Notes: generated by a model not told the origin, from the letters alone. A stretch of DNA of 64,000 bases from a virus (IMGVR_UViG_3300035698_011431:1-64000), one strand, 5' to 3'; positions 19,563 to 29,190 are shown, counted from the first letter of the stretch. Translations and numbers: made by a program.

Positions 19563-19719
19563 TTTATATGGCATCTTGATTGTTTTTTTCTAATAATTCA
19601 TAAGACTCTTTAAATGTCATCGGTAATTCCTTTAATCTTTTAATTATTATAAAGAATACAATACTCGTAGTAATCGTTCCTATTATATCTCCGATTATTA
19701 TTTCTGGTTCAAAGCTCAT
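19563..19719 (-). CDS. small hydrophobic peptide, copy 2 with C-terminal extension (MSFEPEIIIGDIIGTITTSIVFFIII...)
   Basis: 51-aa ORF, first 26 aa almost identical to copy 1. Confidence 0.35.
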
Positions 19720-19726
19720 CTCTTTA

Positions 19727-20191
19727 TTATTGATTATATTTCTCTAATAATTTTGTTATAGGTTTTAAAGCCTCAATGGCTTTTGCTATCTTCCATTTAT
19801 CCGCTGAAGGAATGCCAGAGTTATCATCCTCATCTATATCCTTTTGATTCTTAATAAGCTGAAGTAATGTATCTAGTCTTAATGTTACAAGGGTGTTTTC
19901 ATAAGGATCTCTATTGATCTTGAAGGCAAGTAAGGGTTCGTATCCTAGAACATCTAACTTCTCTGCTTGTTTCCACCATTCGGGGATGTGGATGTTCTTA
20001 TGGTTCTTAGCTTCTATTCCTGCTGTCTTCCCATTTACCATCATAGACGTATCCACATCTCTCTTCTCTCTATTGCCTGCTCCACTAGCACCATCTCTTT
20101 TAGCTTTGTCATCTAATCCATATTTGATTATCTGATCTGTTATCCAGGATTCTAGTTTCTTACCCTTCTGTTTTTTTTGGCTTGCTTTCAT
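19727..20191 (-). CDS. Holliday-junction resolvase, Hjc-like (PD-(D/E)xK nuclease)
   Basis: E...RDGASGAG...KRDVD...GIEAKNHK matches the Hjc order E / R.x.SG / D / IExK. Confidence 0.45.
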   Translation of the reverse strand: MKASQKKQKGKKLESWITDQIIKYGLDDKAKRDGASGAGNREKRDVDTSMMVNGKTAGIEAKNHKNIHIPEWWKQAEKLDVLGYEPLLAFKINRDPYENTLVTLRLDTLLQLIKNQKDIDEDDNSGIPSADKWKIAKAIEALKPITKLLEKYNQ

Positions 20192-20295
20192 TTAGTTTTC
20201 TTAATTCTTTTACATCTCCAATTTGAGCAATAGATTCTCCACATGCCTTACATCTAATATCCATTGCATATATAGTAGTGTTATTTTGATTTCAA

Positions 20296-20580
20296 TTAAT
20301 TCTCTATTTCTCCACCCCCTCCGAATTGATTATAATTATCTTCATTGAGAGTATAGATTATCATTCCTTTTATTGCCTTGAGTCCATAGAAATATGATTT
20401 CGGTTCTACTTGTAATTCTCCAGCCCAGTAATCTTTCATACATTTTTGAATCTCTATTGAATAGTCAAACACGAATTCAACTTTATTGTGATCTATTTTT
20501 TTTGTTTCAATTAACTTGAAATCGAAATATGACAATATTGAAGCAAATGCCATGTCGGTTGTTTTGTAATATTTATCCAT
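20296..20580 (-). CDS. hypothetical protein
   Basis: 94-aa ORF in leftward operon. Confidence 0.3.
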   Translation of the reverse strand: MDKYYKTTDMAFASILSYFDFKLIETKKIDHNKVEFVFDYSIEIQKCMKDYWAGELQVEPKSYFYGLKAIKGMIIYTLNEDNYNQFGGGGEIEN

Positions 20581-20787
20581 TGTGTTGATGTTCTAAATCT
20601 TGATTCTCTAATAATAACTTTACTTATATTACCGCATTATAAATCATATATGTTAATAGAGCAGTTGCAATTCCTATAGCCATGAATACTGTTATGTTTT
20701 GTAGTGACCAGTCTTTACACCAGCCTTTTATTTCTTCAGTCTCATTTTCTTTCTTTAGTGGTTTCATTGTTTTTTAATTGTTATTTT

Positions 20788-21063
20788 TTATAATTTATCT
20801 ATAATATCTCCTTCTTCTATTTTCTTCATCATACTCTTTTTGAAAAGCCTATATGTTTTTTCAGTCATTTTAAGATCTTCGATTATTTGATCTGTCATTT
20901 TTTTTGTTATCTCAAGGTTATTATTTGACTTTTCCTCAGGGAAATCTTCCTTGTATCGACTACACCAAATTCCTAAAACCTGTTGCCTTTCATTCATGCC
21001 TGCTTCATTCTTAGCTTTCATGAATTGATTTAATGATTCTGGCATCAGTCTTTCTATATCCAT
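20788..21063 (-). CDS. hypothetical protein
   Basis: 91-aa ORF. Confidence 0.3.
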   Translation of the reverse strand: MDIERLMPESLNQFMKAKNEAGMNERQQVLGIWCSRYKEDFPEEKSNNNLEITKKMTDQIIEDLKMTEKTYRLFKKSMMKKIEEGDIIDKL

Positions 21064-21213
21064 TTTTTTATTTTATTAATTTTAATAATTTCTATATGGT
21101 TTTTTATAAACTCCACACCCATTCAAGAGCTTTAAATAATAATGTTAATATAATAGTACCAATAAACATAAGTATTATTGCTCCGAATATTTCACCTAGG
21201 TTAAATCGTGGTT

Positions 21214-21567
21214 TCATTGTTGATTATTACTTAATCTTAATTCCTCTTCTTTTGCACGCAAATAATATTTTAATGATCTAGCAATTTCTACCGCTAACTC
21301 TTTGGTGTTACGAGCAGTTAATTTATTTTCATATTCTATGGATGTTTCAGCTATTATTTTAGCTCTATTCGCTTTCTCTTCCTGATCAAAGCATTCAAGT
21401 AGTTTTTTGTTGTAAATGATCTCGGTATTTTTAATCTTGTCATTAATATTTCCTAGCAATGCCGATGTCATTGTAAGAATTTCTGCTGCCCTATTTGGGG
21501 TGAGTTCTGATGACTTAAAAACCTCATCTTGGATTTCTCCTATTAGTTTTCTTGTATTGGATTCCAT
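21214..21567 (-). CDS. hypothetical helical protein (size and position reminiscent of Gp157-type proteins found beside phage recombinases)
   Basis: 117 aa; weak resemblance only. Confidence 0.25.
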   Translation of the reverse strand: MESNTRKLIGEIQDEVFKSSELTPNRAAEILTMTSALLGNINDKIKNTEIIYNKKLLECFDQEEKANRAKIIAETSIEYENKLTARNTKELAVEIARSLKYYLRAKEEELRLSNNQQ

Positions 21568-21652
21568 TGCAATTAAATGTTTCTATAGTTAACATATATC
21601 AACTTTAAACCTTAACTTCTACCACGAGCCTCTCAAGAGCAAATGAGAGCGA

Positions 21653-22495
21653 TTAAAAAGGAACGTCAGAAACCTTTATTTCCTCGTTATTCACTTCAGC
21701 AATTCTTTTATTAGCAGAAGATACTTCATCCATATCTTTTTCAGTATAATTTTTTCCTTTTGCTTGTTTGATCTTTGCCATTGTTTCTCCAAAATTGGTT
21801 ATATTATCTGTTGCATCCTGTGGAGACATTAATTCTCCTTTAGTAAACATAAGTTTAAAATAATCGGAAAAATCTCCACCACATTTCTCAACATCTATTG
21901 TAGTTTTATAAAAGGATACAGGAGAATTTTGATCAAATAAATCTAAATATCCTATTACAGCTGAGGTGCTTAATGGCTTTGCTTGAATTTTCACTACTTC
22001 TTTAGATGCAAAGATATAGAAATAAATATTTTGTATAAATGAAGGCTCAAGATTAAGTTCGTCTTTCATATAATCTTTTACTTCTCTATATTTTCCTCTT
22101 GTCATTTCTTCATATGTAGGTTTTTCTTCTCCTTTAATTTGAGTTTTCTTGGTTAGGATCACTTCTTCATTGAAGTTTAATATCTCATTTGTATAATATT
22201 GAATTTTTCCTTTCTGTTTTGAATCTGAAAGGTAAGCAGTCTTTGAAAGTATTTGACCAACTAAAGGAACTGGTATTCGTTCTTTCTTGTCGCTTTGTCC
22301 TGTGTCTGGATTTCTTACTGATACAAATAAACTTCCAAGTTCTAATTCGTCACCATTCTTCCTAAAGTTTCCTTTATCAGGTTGGTAAAGTTTAACTAAT
22401 GGAACCTTTGGGATACTATCCCTATCATTCCCTAAAAGCATATTTGCAAGTGCTAAATCTTGTTGATTTACATTTGTTATAGATGTATCGTTCAT
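21653..22495 (-). CDS. hypothetical protein, candidate single-strand annealing/recombination protein
   Basis: 280 aa, position in early-left operon upstream of resolvase; no motif recognised. Confidence 0.25.
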   Translation of the reverse strand: MNDTSITNVNQQDLALANMLLGNDRDSIPKVPLVKLYQPDKGNFRKNGDELELGSLFVSVRNPDTGQSDKKERIPVPLVGQILSKTAYLSDSKQKGKIQYYTNEILNFNEEVILTKKTQIKGEEKPTYEEMTRGKYREVKDYMKDELNLEPSFIQNIYFYIFASKEVVKIQAKPLSTSAVIGYLDLFDQNSPVSFYKTTIDVEKCGGDFSDYFKLMFTKGELMSPQDATDNITNFGETMAKIKQAKGKNYTEKDMDEVSSANKRIAEVNNEEIKVSDVPF

Positions 22496-22800
22496 GATTT
22501 TTAGTTAGTTAGTTAGTTAATTAGTTAATTAGTTGATTTAATTTAGTTGTTTTTTAATATGGTTGTGATATATAATACCAGCCACTATTTGGGATATTAA
22601 TAAGAATAATTGAAGAGTTATCAAGTAAGTAGTTGTCGTTGTGGAAGGTTTAAAAGTGAAGTTAATTAATGTTATTAATACTATCGGAACAAATCCCCAT
22701 ACTCCCCAATATTTACAAAAACGTATCATTATTTCTTTTTTAATTTTAACTTTAGAGAGAAGGGAGTTACCTCCCTATCTTCTATTCCTTTGTCTAATAA

Positions 22801-23052
22801 TTAATAAACAGGATTATCTTCCCAGTATTCAATATTTTCATCATAATTCCCTTCATCTGCATCTTTTATTAACTTTGCTAGGGCTTCTTCTCCTTCTTTT
22901 ATTCCTTTTTTTATTCCTTTTTCCTTTTCTTTTAGATTATCTATACCTCGTTTTATGTCTCTAATCTCATTCTTAATATTATCCTCTCTCTTTTCTTCTT
23001 CATCACTTTCAATTTCTTTTACTAATTGTTCTCCTGTTTTCATTGTTTTCAT
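22801..23052 (-). CDS. hypothetical acidic coiled-coil protein
   Basis: 83 aa. Confidence 0.3.
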   Translation of the reverse strand: MKTMKTGEQLVKEIESDEEEKREDNIKNEIRDIKRGIDNLKEKEKGIKKGIKEGEEALAKLIKDADEGNYDENIEYWEDNPVY

Positions 23053-23256
23053 TATTAATTTTATTATTACTGTTCGAATTTTTTATATCCAAGGCGTCCT
23101 TATTAGTGGATAGTCTCAGGTATTTCAAGTTGGCAAAGAATAGATCTATGAAACAATGACTTTTATAAGTCTAATATGCTTGTGATTATTCTTAATTACT
23201 TAATGTATTTCTAGTATATACCAAAAAGAAAACAATGTCAAATATTATAATAATTA

Positions 23257-23517
23257 TTATTGTGGAAAGAGAATAAATTCTCCTAGCTCCACATCATAAT
23301 ACTTGCAAAGTTTTGCAAGATTATATAACTTTGGATTCTTTCTTCCTGCTTCTACATTACAAATATAAGTTGAGTTCTTATGTCCCAACTTTTTAGCAAT
23401 TTCATTTTGAGTTAAACCCGCAACAATCCTTGCTCTTCTTAACTTTTTCCCTAAAATCATGTATGGTATTTTATTAATATGTGTATCTATATTATACCTT
23501 TTGAGAATAAAAGTCAA
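23257..23517 (-). CDS. XRE-family HTH transcriptional regulator (cI/Cro-like)
   Basis: ILGKKLRRARIVAGLTQNEIAKKLGHKNSTYICNVEAGRKNP is a canonical HTH_3 motif; faces a divergent promoter/operator region. Confidence 0.7.
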   Translation of the reverse strand: MTFILKRYNIDTHINKIPYMILGKKLRRARIVAGLTQNEIAKKLGHKNSTYICNVEAGRKNPKLYNLAKLCKYYDVELGEFILFPQ

Positions 23518-23619
23518 ATGATTAAAGACAGTCCTTTTATTTATTTTTTTCTGATTAATGGTATAATAAGATTATCTATATCAGCATGACTGGCTATGTA
23601 GTAGTGACGATGAGTATTC

Positions 23620-23649
23620 TGTTGATATCAACAAGACGCTCCATATAAT
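23620..23649 (+). promoter_or_regulatory. sigma70-like promoter (TTGATA-16-TATAAT) with a 14-bp perfect palindrome TGTTGATATCAACA over the -35 (operator candidate), followed by GGAGGTGA
   Basis: read directly; lies between the divergent repressor gene and rightward ORFs. Confidence 0.5.
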
Positions 23650-23994
23650 ATAAATTGAGGAGGTGAGCCTAGTCTAATTATGTACTGGACAATTATAAAA
23701 AAAATCCCTTCCTATAGCTGTAAAAAGGATAGGAAAGGATCATTTAAAAAATCAGAGAGAAGATCTTTTAAGAATAAGATCCATAAATTTTTATATAATG
23801 GAGAATTACTAGATTATTAAATAAAGCCAAATATCAGTATAAACACATGAAAAGAACTTATCAAGAACAAAATGACAGGATGTCCTGGATAATGTTAGCG
23901 GGAATATTAGCTCCTTTAGCAGTAATAATAATGATGGGTATAGGATATTTATTTATACTGTTATTGGATCAAATACCACACTGGGTAGAAGATG

Positions 23995-24315
23995 TTAAAG
24001 AGAATGAAGAGAGTATATTAGAAGAGTATTGAGGTGTGAAGAGACGCTATCTTTATCAAGCGTCTCTTTCAATTTCCTAATGCTCCAATGATTCTGTTTA
24101 ACAGATAATCCATTATGATTTTCTCTGTGTTTATGATCATCAACATGACAGCGTAAACACAAAAGTCTTCCATTAGAGGGGTTTGCATAGCCAGGGTTTT
24201 TACGAGAATGATCAATGTGAGAACATTGTAATCTAATCCCAGTAACACCACACTTCTTACAAACACCTTTATCACGAGCCCAAATGACTTCTCTAACATT
24301 TCTTGGAAATGCCAT
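23995..24315 (-). CDS. HNH endonuclease
   Basis: CKKCG...CSHIDH...NPSNGRLLCLRCHVDDH (Cys pairs + HNH); preceded by AAAGGAGG Shine-Dalgarno. Confidence 0.75.
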   Translation of the reverse strand: MAFPRNVREVIWARDKGVCKKCGVTGIRLQCSHIDHSRKNPGYANPSNGRLLCLRCHVDDHKHRENHNGLSVKQNHWSIRKLKETLDKDSVSSHLNTLLIYSLHSL

Positions 24316-24397
24316 TTCGCATCGCCTCCTTTTGGTTATTATAGCATCTTTTTTTTTACTCTAAAATGTGATATAATAAATAAAAGGAGGTAGCATT

Positions 24398-24565
24398 ATG
24401 GATTGGACTAAGACCATAAAAGAAGTATCAACCGCTTGGATTGGATATGGCCCTAGAGTCGCTAGAGTAATAGCTCAAGGCGATAAAGTATCCTTCGAAG
24501 CTGTGTTACAAAAAATGCCTACTGAGGTAAATAAGGAGGCAACATATGTTAAAAAAAATAATTGT
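24398..24565 (+). CDS. small hypothetical protein (55 aa) with strong SD
   Basis: AAAAGGAGGT 8 nt upstream of ATG; below the 60-aa cutoff of the ORF track. Confidence 0.3.
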
Positions 24566-24642
24566 ATTTGATTTGATTCTTGTCTTTTTGGTCTTGCTAA
24601 CGTTTTTAATAGTAACGGCAGTAAAAGGAGAGGAGATATATC

Positions 24643-24864
24643 ATGGAACTAACGCGAAAGAAGCACCTCAAAAACGGATCGGGATTTTGCATCGATAGTC
24701 CGGGTTCTCTACTAGGCAATCTATTAAGTGCCTTCAGAGGCATGGATCTAATCGCACGCACATCCCCTAAAGGCGACCGTATAACTGTTGCATCTAATCA
24801 CGAAATAGTGATAGATGAAGCGTATGATATCGCCAAGGACTTCGAGACATTCTCAAAGGAATGA
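24643..24864 (+). CDS. hypothetical protein with strong SD
   Basis: 73-aa ORF, GGAGAGGAG upstream; locally GC-richer than backbone. Confidence 0.35.
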   Translation: MELTRKKHLKNGSGFCIDSPGSLLGNLLSAFRGMDLIARTSPKGDRITVASNHEIVIDEAYDIAKDFETFSKE

Positions 24865-24912
24865 TCCACACACAAGGGACGGACTTGAAACGCCCGCCCC
24901 TTTAAACTAATA

Positions 24913-25091
24913 TAAGTTTAGTAGAGAGAAGACTGGTAGTGACCAGTAATGAGTCATGTCACCTCTGTATCCATATATACAAGCTCCTCAACGCATATGG
25001 TATGTAAAGTTGGTGAGTAGTTAGGCGGCAGCAAACCTACTATAAAAAAAGTGACCTGCAAGTTAAAGCCTTGCTCTCTCTACTAAGTTTA
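24913..25091 (+). ncRNA. tRNA-like structured element F (5' arm TAAGTTTAGTAGAGAG / 3' arm CTCTCTACTAAGTTTA, D-arm-like CTGG-TAGTGA-CCAG, T-arm-like GCAAG-TTAAAGC-CTTGC, ~110-nt insert)
   Basis: inverted terminal arms and internal hairpins read directly. Confidence 0.4.
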
Positions 25092-25160
25092 TGATAACTA
25101 CCCCTTGACGTCATGTACGGGTAGGGGATAGTTCTAATATAATAGAATTATAATAAAAAT

Positions 25161-25703
25161 ATGGGGAAATATAAAGAAGAATGGCTCAATGATGTTGATG
25201 CAAAAGAATTATTAAGAGGAGATAAAGTTAATATTGTTTTAGCTGAAGCGAAAGATTCTCTAAAAACTTTGATTGAGAATAGTGTACATATAGATAGAAA
25301 GGCAAATACAGCTTTAAATATAACGATAGCATTGCTTACAATATTATTTGGTTATTATATCGTAGAATGGCAAAAGGATAACTTTGATCTCATAATACCC
25401 TTAACCGTTTTTGGTATTTTTTTATTCATAGCAGCAATAATATTCTTTTTATCTTTAGTACCTAGAAAAGAATTCACAACCGGATATTCTCCAAAGATAT
25501 TATTATGGAAAGGGTCAAAAGAGATATATAAGGGGAAGGATGGGAAAAAACTAGTTGCTAATATATTTATGAAGTACCAGGAAAGAATAGAGAAAGTAAG
25601 GGATGGCAATAAAAAAAGGGCAGTTAGTTTGTTTATCGGTGAATTAATATTTATATTAGCTCCATTGTCATTTGTTATAACTTATTTGATAGTGAGGGAA
25701 TAA
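25161..25703 (+). CDS. membrane protein (two TM segments), function unknown
   Basis: 180 aa; hydrophobic stretches ALNITIALLTILFGYYIV and LIIPLTVFGIFLFIAAIIFFL. Confidence 0.4.
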   Translation: MGKYKEEWLNDVDAKELLRGDKVNIVLAEAKDSLKTLIENSVHIDRKANTALNITIALLTILFGYYIVEWQKDNFDLIIPLTVFGIFLFIAAIIFFLSLVPRKEFTTGYSPKILLWKGSKEIYKGKDGKKLVANIFMKYQERIEKVRDGNKKRAVSLFIGELIFILAPLSFVITYLIVRE

Positions 25704-25957
25704 TTTATTTTTCTTTAATATTATCTTTTTCAGCAGCTTTAATTTCTTCGGCTTCTTGCAACATATTTTCTTCAAATAAATTTTCTTCTTCTAGCTCATC
25801 TTCTTTATTTCTTTCTTCGTCTGTCATTTGGGTGTGAAATTAATTTTAATTTGACAATTTTTGTCAAAGACTTATTCTTTAAATAAGTAGTAAATTGATA
25901 AACAAAAACACTTGATAAACTTCTAATATTATGTAAATCTCATCAGTACCTTCAAAA

Positions 25958-26053
25958 ACACTAGAATGTGGAGATGAGGGGTCTTGAACCCCTTGCCGAC
26001 AAGTCTTGGAAACCCGAGCACCACCATGGCATCCCCACATCCTAGTGTTTTTT
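25958..26053. ncRNA. long GC-rich hairpin H1 (18-bp closing stem with G-U-compatible mismatches) with T-runs on both sides; interior carries a T-arm-like AGGGG-TTCAAGA-CCCCT on the minus strand
   Basis: CACTAGAATGTGG...CCACATCCTAGTG then TTTTTTT. Confidence 0.4.
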
Positions 26054-26065
26054 TATACAAAAAAA

Positions 26066-26166
26066 TCTACTGTACAGGCTAGCGCTTTGGGAATATCCAT
26101 TTACGTGAACACCCCCCAAGTATTTGGCTATCTGGGAGATAATCTCTCAAAGCGCCGACCTTTACA
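26066..26166. ncRNA. long hairpin H2 (~25-bp stem ATCTACTGTACAGGCTAGCGCTTTG / CAAAGCGCCGACCTTTACAGTAGAT) flanked by A/T runs
   Basis: read directly. Confidence 0.4.
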
Positions 26167-26291
26167 GTAGATCAAATTTTTAACAATTTTCTCTATACTT
26201 GTGTTTAATTATAGACTTGTAAGTTATTTTTATTATACTAAAATATAGGAAAGAAGGATAGAATCATTTAAGAAATATAAAAGATACAAAA

Positions 26292-26783
26292 ATGGCAAAT
26301 TTCCAAAAAGCAAAAAATGAAGCAGAGAGGGTTATTGATCAGAATTATGTTAGTGATCTGCCGGTCAGAGTAGAAGATTTTGTAGTTAATTATGGTTATA
26401 TAGTCAAAAAAGCAGATTTACCTTCAAATATCGCCGGCTTTGTTAATATTGACGAAAAAGCTATATATGTAAATGATCATGATTCCCCTCAAAGGAAGGC
26501 TTTTACAATTGCACACGAATTGGGTCATATTGTTCTTCATAAGAAAGATTTGGAGTCTCAACCGGAGATTGGTGTTATGTATAGACGTCCACTTGGGCAA
26601 AAAGACCCAGATGAAAAAGAACAAGAGGCAAATTGCTTTGCTGCAAATTTATTAGTTCCTGAAAAACTTTTGAAAGAAGCAATAGCAGAATATAGTCTTG
26701 GCGATGACAATGCTGCATTAGCCAGGTTCTTCGCTGTTTCTAAAGAAGTTATTGGATATAGGCGAAAAGATTTGAATATATGA
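26292..26783 (+). CDS. ImmA/IrrE-family zinc metallopeptidase
   Basis: HELGHIVLH (HExxH) in a ~160-aa protein with the ImmA layout. Confidence 0.6.
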   Translation: MANFQKAKNEAERVIDQNYVSDLPVRVEDFVVNYGYIVKKADLPSNIAGFVNIDEKAIYVNDHDSPQRKAFTIAHELGHIVLHKKDLESQPEIGVMYRRPLGQKDPDEKEQEANCFAANLLVPEKLLKEAIAEYSLGDDNAALARFFAVSKEVIGYRRKDLNI

Positions 26784-26873
26784 AAAATAAGGATGTACAA
26801 ATAAATAAAGGAGATCCAACAAATATTTATCTAGACCTTATCTCTAAATGCCAACTAACATTAATATACAACA

Positions 26874-27224
26874 ATGAACAAAGACACTAAAAAAGAAATC
26901 AAAGAAGAGGTTAAAAAACAACTAGAGAAAGTTCTAGGGGATAATGAAGTTCTAATAATTGAAAAGGCTTCTAATGGCTATAAGATTAAGTGTATGGACT
27001 GGGAAAGAGATGAACCTAAAATGGTAGAAACATTGTTTAAGATAGAACATAATTATGATTCATACGATAGATCTAAAGAATATGATAAAAAAGAGAAAGA
27101 AGGAATTAGTGAGATGGTTAGTGAGATACTTTTTTGGATGGGGTATGACTGGGATAAATGGAGGAAAGATAACCCCGAATTAAAATGGGATAATGTAGGA
27201 GATCATTATGAAGGCAATGGATAA
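26874..27224 (+). CDS. hypothetical protein (W-rich C-terminus)
   Basis: 116-aa ORF. Confidence 0.35.
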   Translation: MNKDTKKEIKEEVKKQLEKVLGDNEVLIIEKASNGYKIKCMDWERDEPKMVETLFKIEHNYDSYDRSKEYDKKEKEGISEMVSEILFWMGYDWDKWRKDNPELKWDNVGDHYEGNG

Positions 27225-27241
27225 ATGGTGGGTTAATGTAG

Positions 27242-27313
27242 CCATCTTAACTCAATCGGCTAGAGGGCAGACTGTAAATCTGTTATTGCTTGGTTCGATT
27301 CCAAGAGGATGGA
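27242..27313 (+). tRNA. tRNA, anticodon GTA (Tyr) with an unusually short variable loop
   Basis: Hand-folded cloverleaf. Acceptor stem CCATCTT/AGGATGG with one G-U pair. D-arm CTCA...AGAG pairs 3 of 4. Anticodon stem GCAGA/TCTGT, loop CTGTAAA. T-arm CTTGG-TTCGATT-CCAAG. No encoded CCA. Confidence 0.5.
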
Positions 27314-27882
27314 CATTATATATAGAAGAAATTAAAATCCCTATATATAAAATCTCTAATGAGGTAAAGGGGATACAGAGTTATCCACACTCAAATTAAA
27401 TCGATACATACATGAATTTAGACGAACAACTAGAAGAATATAGAAGGCTAGTAGACAAACTAGCAGAAGAAGAACCTGAAGAGGTTGAACATATAATGGA
27501 TATTTTTAATGGTATAAATCCTTTTAAGGATAAGAAAACCCGAAAACAATGATCTAGCAGCATCTATCAACTCGTGAGCTATTAGATAGGTCGCTTGGGA
27601 CTATTAGATCAATTGCTTTTGGGGAATAGGGTGTTATAATAGAAATAGCTCAACTCAAGGACTTGACTTTCACGTCAAATAGTGTATAATAAAGAAGCTA
27701 GTAGGTGTTCGATTAAATTCGAATTAAATGCCGAACCTACAATAGGATTGAAATTTGAATAGAACGGGGGTACAGTTAGAAAGCTATAAATGGATGAGCT
27801 TGATGCTAGGTTTACGTACCCTCGTACCGAGTTCAAGCAAGTCCGTTTATAGCTTTTTATATGCCTAAATTATAATAAACAA

Positions 27883-28227
27883 ATGAAATTAACATCAAAA
27901 ATACGTTTAGATTATCATATAACTACTGAATCTTATAGTGTACACGATCCTGTAGAATCAAGAAGACATGATAGTGAGCGAATAGATTTATATATGGTCA
28001 GCTATAATTTCCATGGGGGAACTAATCTTCTAGAGGACATAGATATAAAGATCGCTATTAAAAAATTAATAGACTGGTTCTTTGATAATGGGATAGAAGA
28101 TTATACTATGGATAGTATGACGAAAACAACAGATCCTGGATTAAAACCTTTATTGGAGATACGAGGAGAATTTCAATGTCATGAATTACCGAAAGGGTTA
28201 GAACTCAATAGTTCTTTTAACAATTGA
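27883..28227 (+). CDS. hypothetical protein
   Basis: 114-aa ORF. Confidence 0.35.
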   Translation: MKLTSKIRLDYHITTESYSVHDPVESRRHDSERIDLYMVSYNFHGGTNLLEDIDIKIAIKKLIDWFFDNGIEDYTMDSMTKTTDPGLKPLLEIRGEFQCHELPKGLELNSSFNN

Positions 28228-28356
28228 GTGAGAGAGTGGCGGAATAGTAGACGCAAGTATTAGCGTGCTGTAGAGGGCGAAGATTATTTCATGTCCCTTA
28301 AAATCAAATCCATGGTTAATTATCTACATGCAAGGTCTTGTCCTTGCCTCTCTCCC
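28226..28356 (+). ncRNA. tRNA-like structured element A (GAGAGAG-TG-GCGGAATAGTAGACGC ... GCAAGGTCTTGTCCTTGC-CTCTCTC)
   Basis: acceptor-like 7-bp terminal pairing, D-arm-like and T-arm-like hairpins, ~75-nt insert at anticodon position. Confidence 0.45.
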
Positions 28357-28451
28357 TTAGTTTTTAAAACTAAACTCAAATTACTTGTCTTTCTTGAGTA
28401 TAAATAAATACAAAGGCACAGCTTTAACTAATTAGAATTAATATTAAATAA

Positions 28452-28937
<486 letters not shown>

Positions 28938-28953
28938 AATTAATATTAAATAG

Positions 28954-29190
28954 ATGGAATATAAGGTTGGCGATAATGTAAAAGTAATAAATACAAAGGT
29001 TCCCTATAGAGAGAATGGAAGTGAGGCTAAAATACTAGAAATTAATGATAAAGGGGATGGTATATCTGAAGATAATAATCGTAGATATGAAATCAAATTA
29101 ATATTTATTGATGACAACGTTATTGCGTTTTATTACCCAGGAGATTTAGAAGCTAACCCTTTACAAGAAACAATAAATAGAGTATATTAA
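28954..29190 (+). CDS. hypothetical protein
   Basis: 78-aa ORF. Confidence 0.3.
   Translation: MEYKVGDNVKVINTKVPYRENGSEAKILEINDKGDGISEDNNRRYEIKLIFIDDNVIAFYYPGDLEANPLQETINRVY

Noticed and set aside
22500-22550. (TAGT)n-like microsatellite TTAGTTAGTTAGTTAGTTAATTAGTTAATTAGTTGATT
   Set aside because: short AT-rich low-complexity stretch at a gene start region; no higher-order structure
25958-26045. canonical minus-strand tRNA
   Set aside because: T-arm and acceptor pairing exist but only ~34 nt remain for D-arm plus anticodon arm and no anticodon stem folds; kept as structured element instead
27208-27399. 63-aa ORF
   Set aside because: overlaps the predicted tRNA; odd composition; likely spurious
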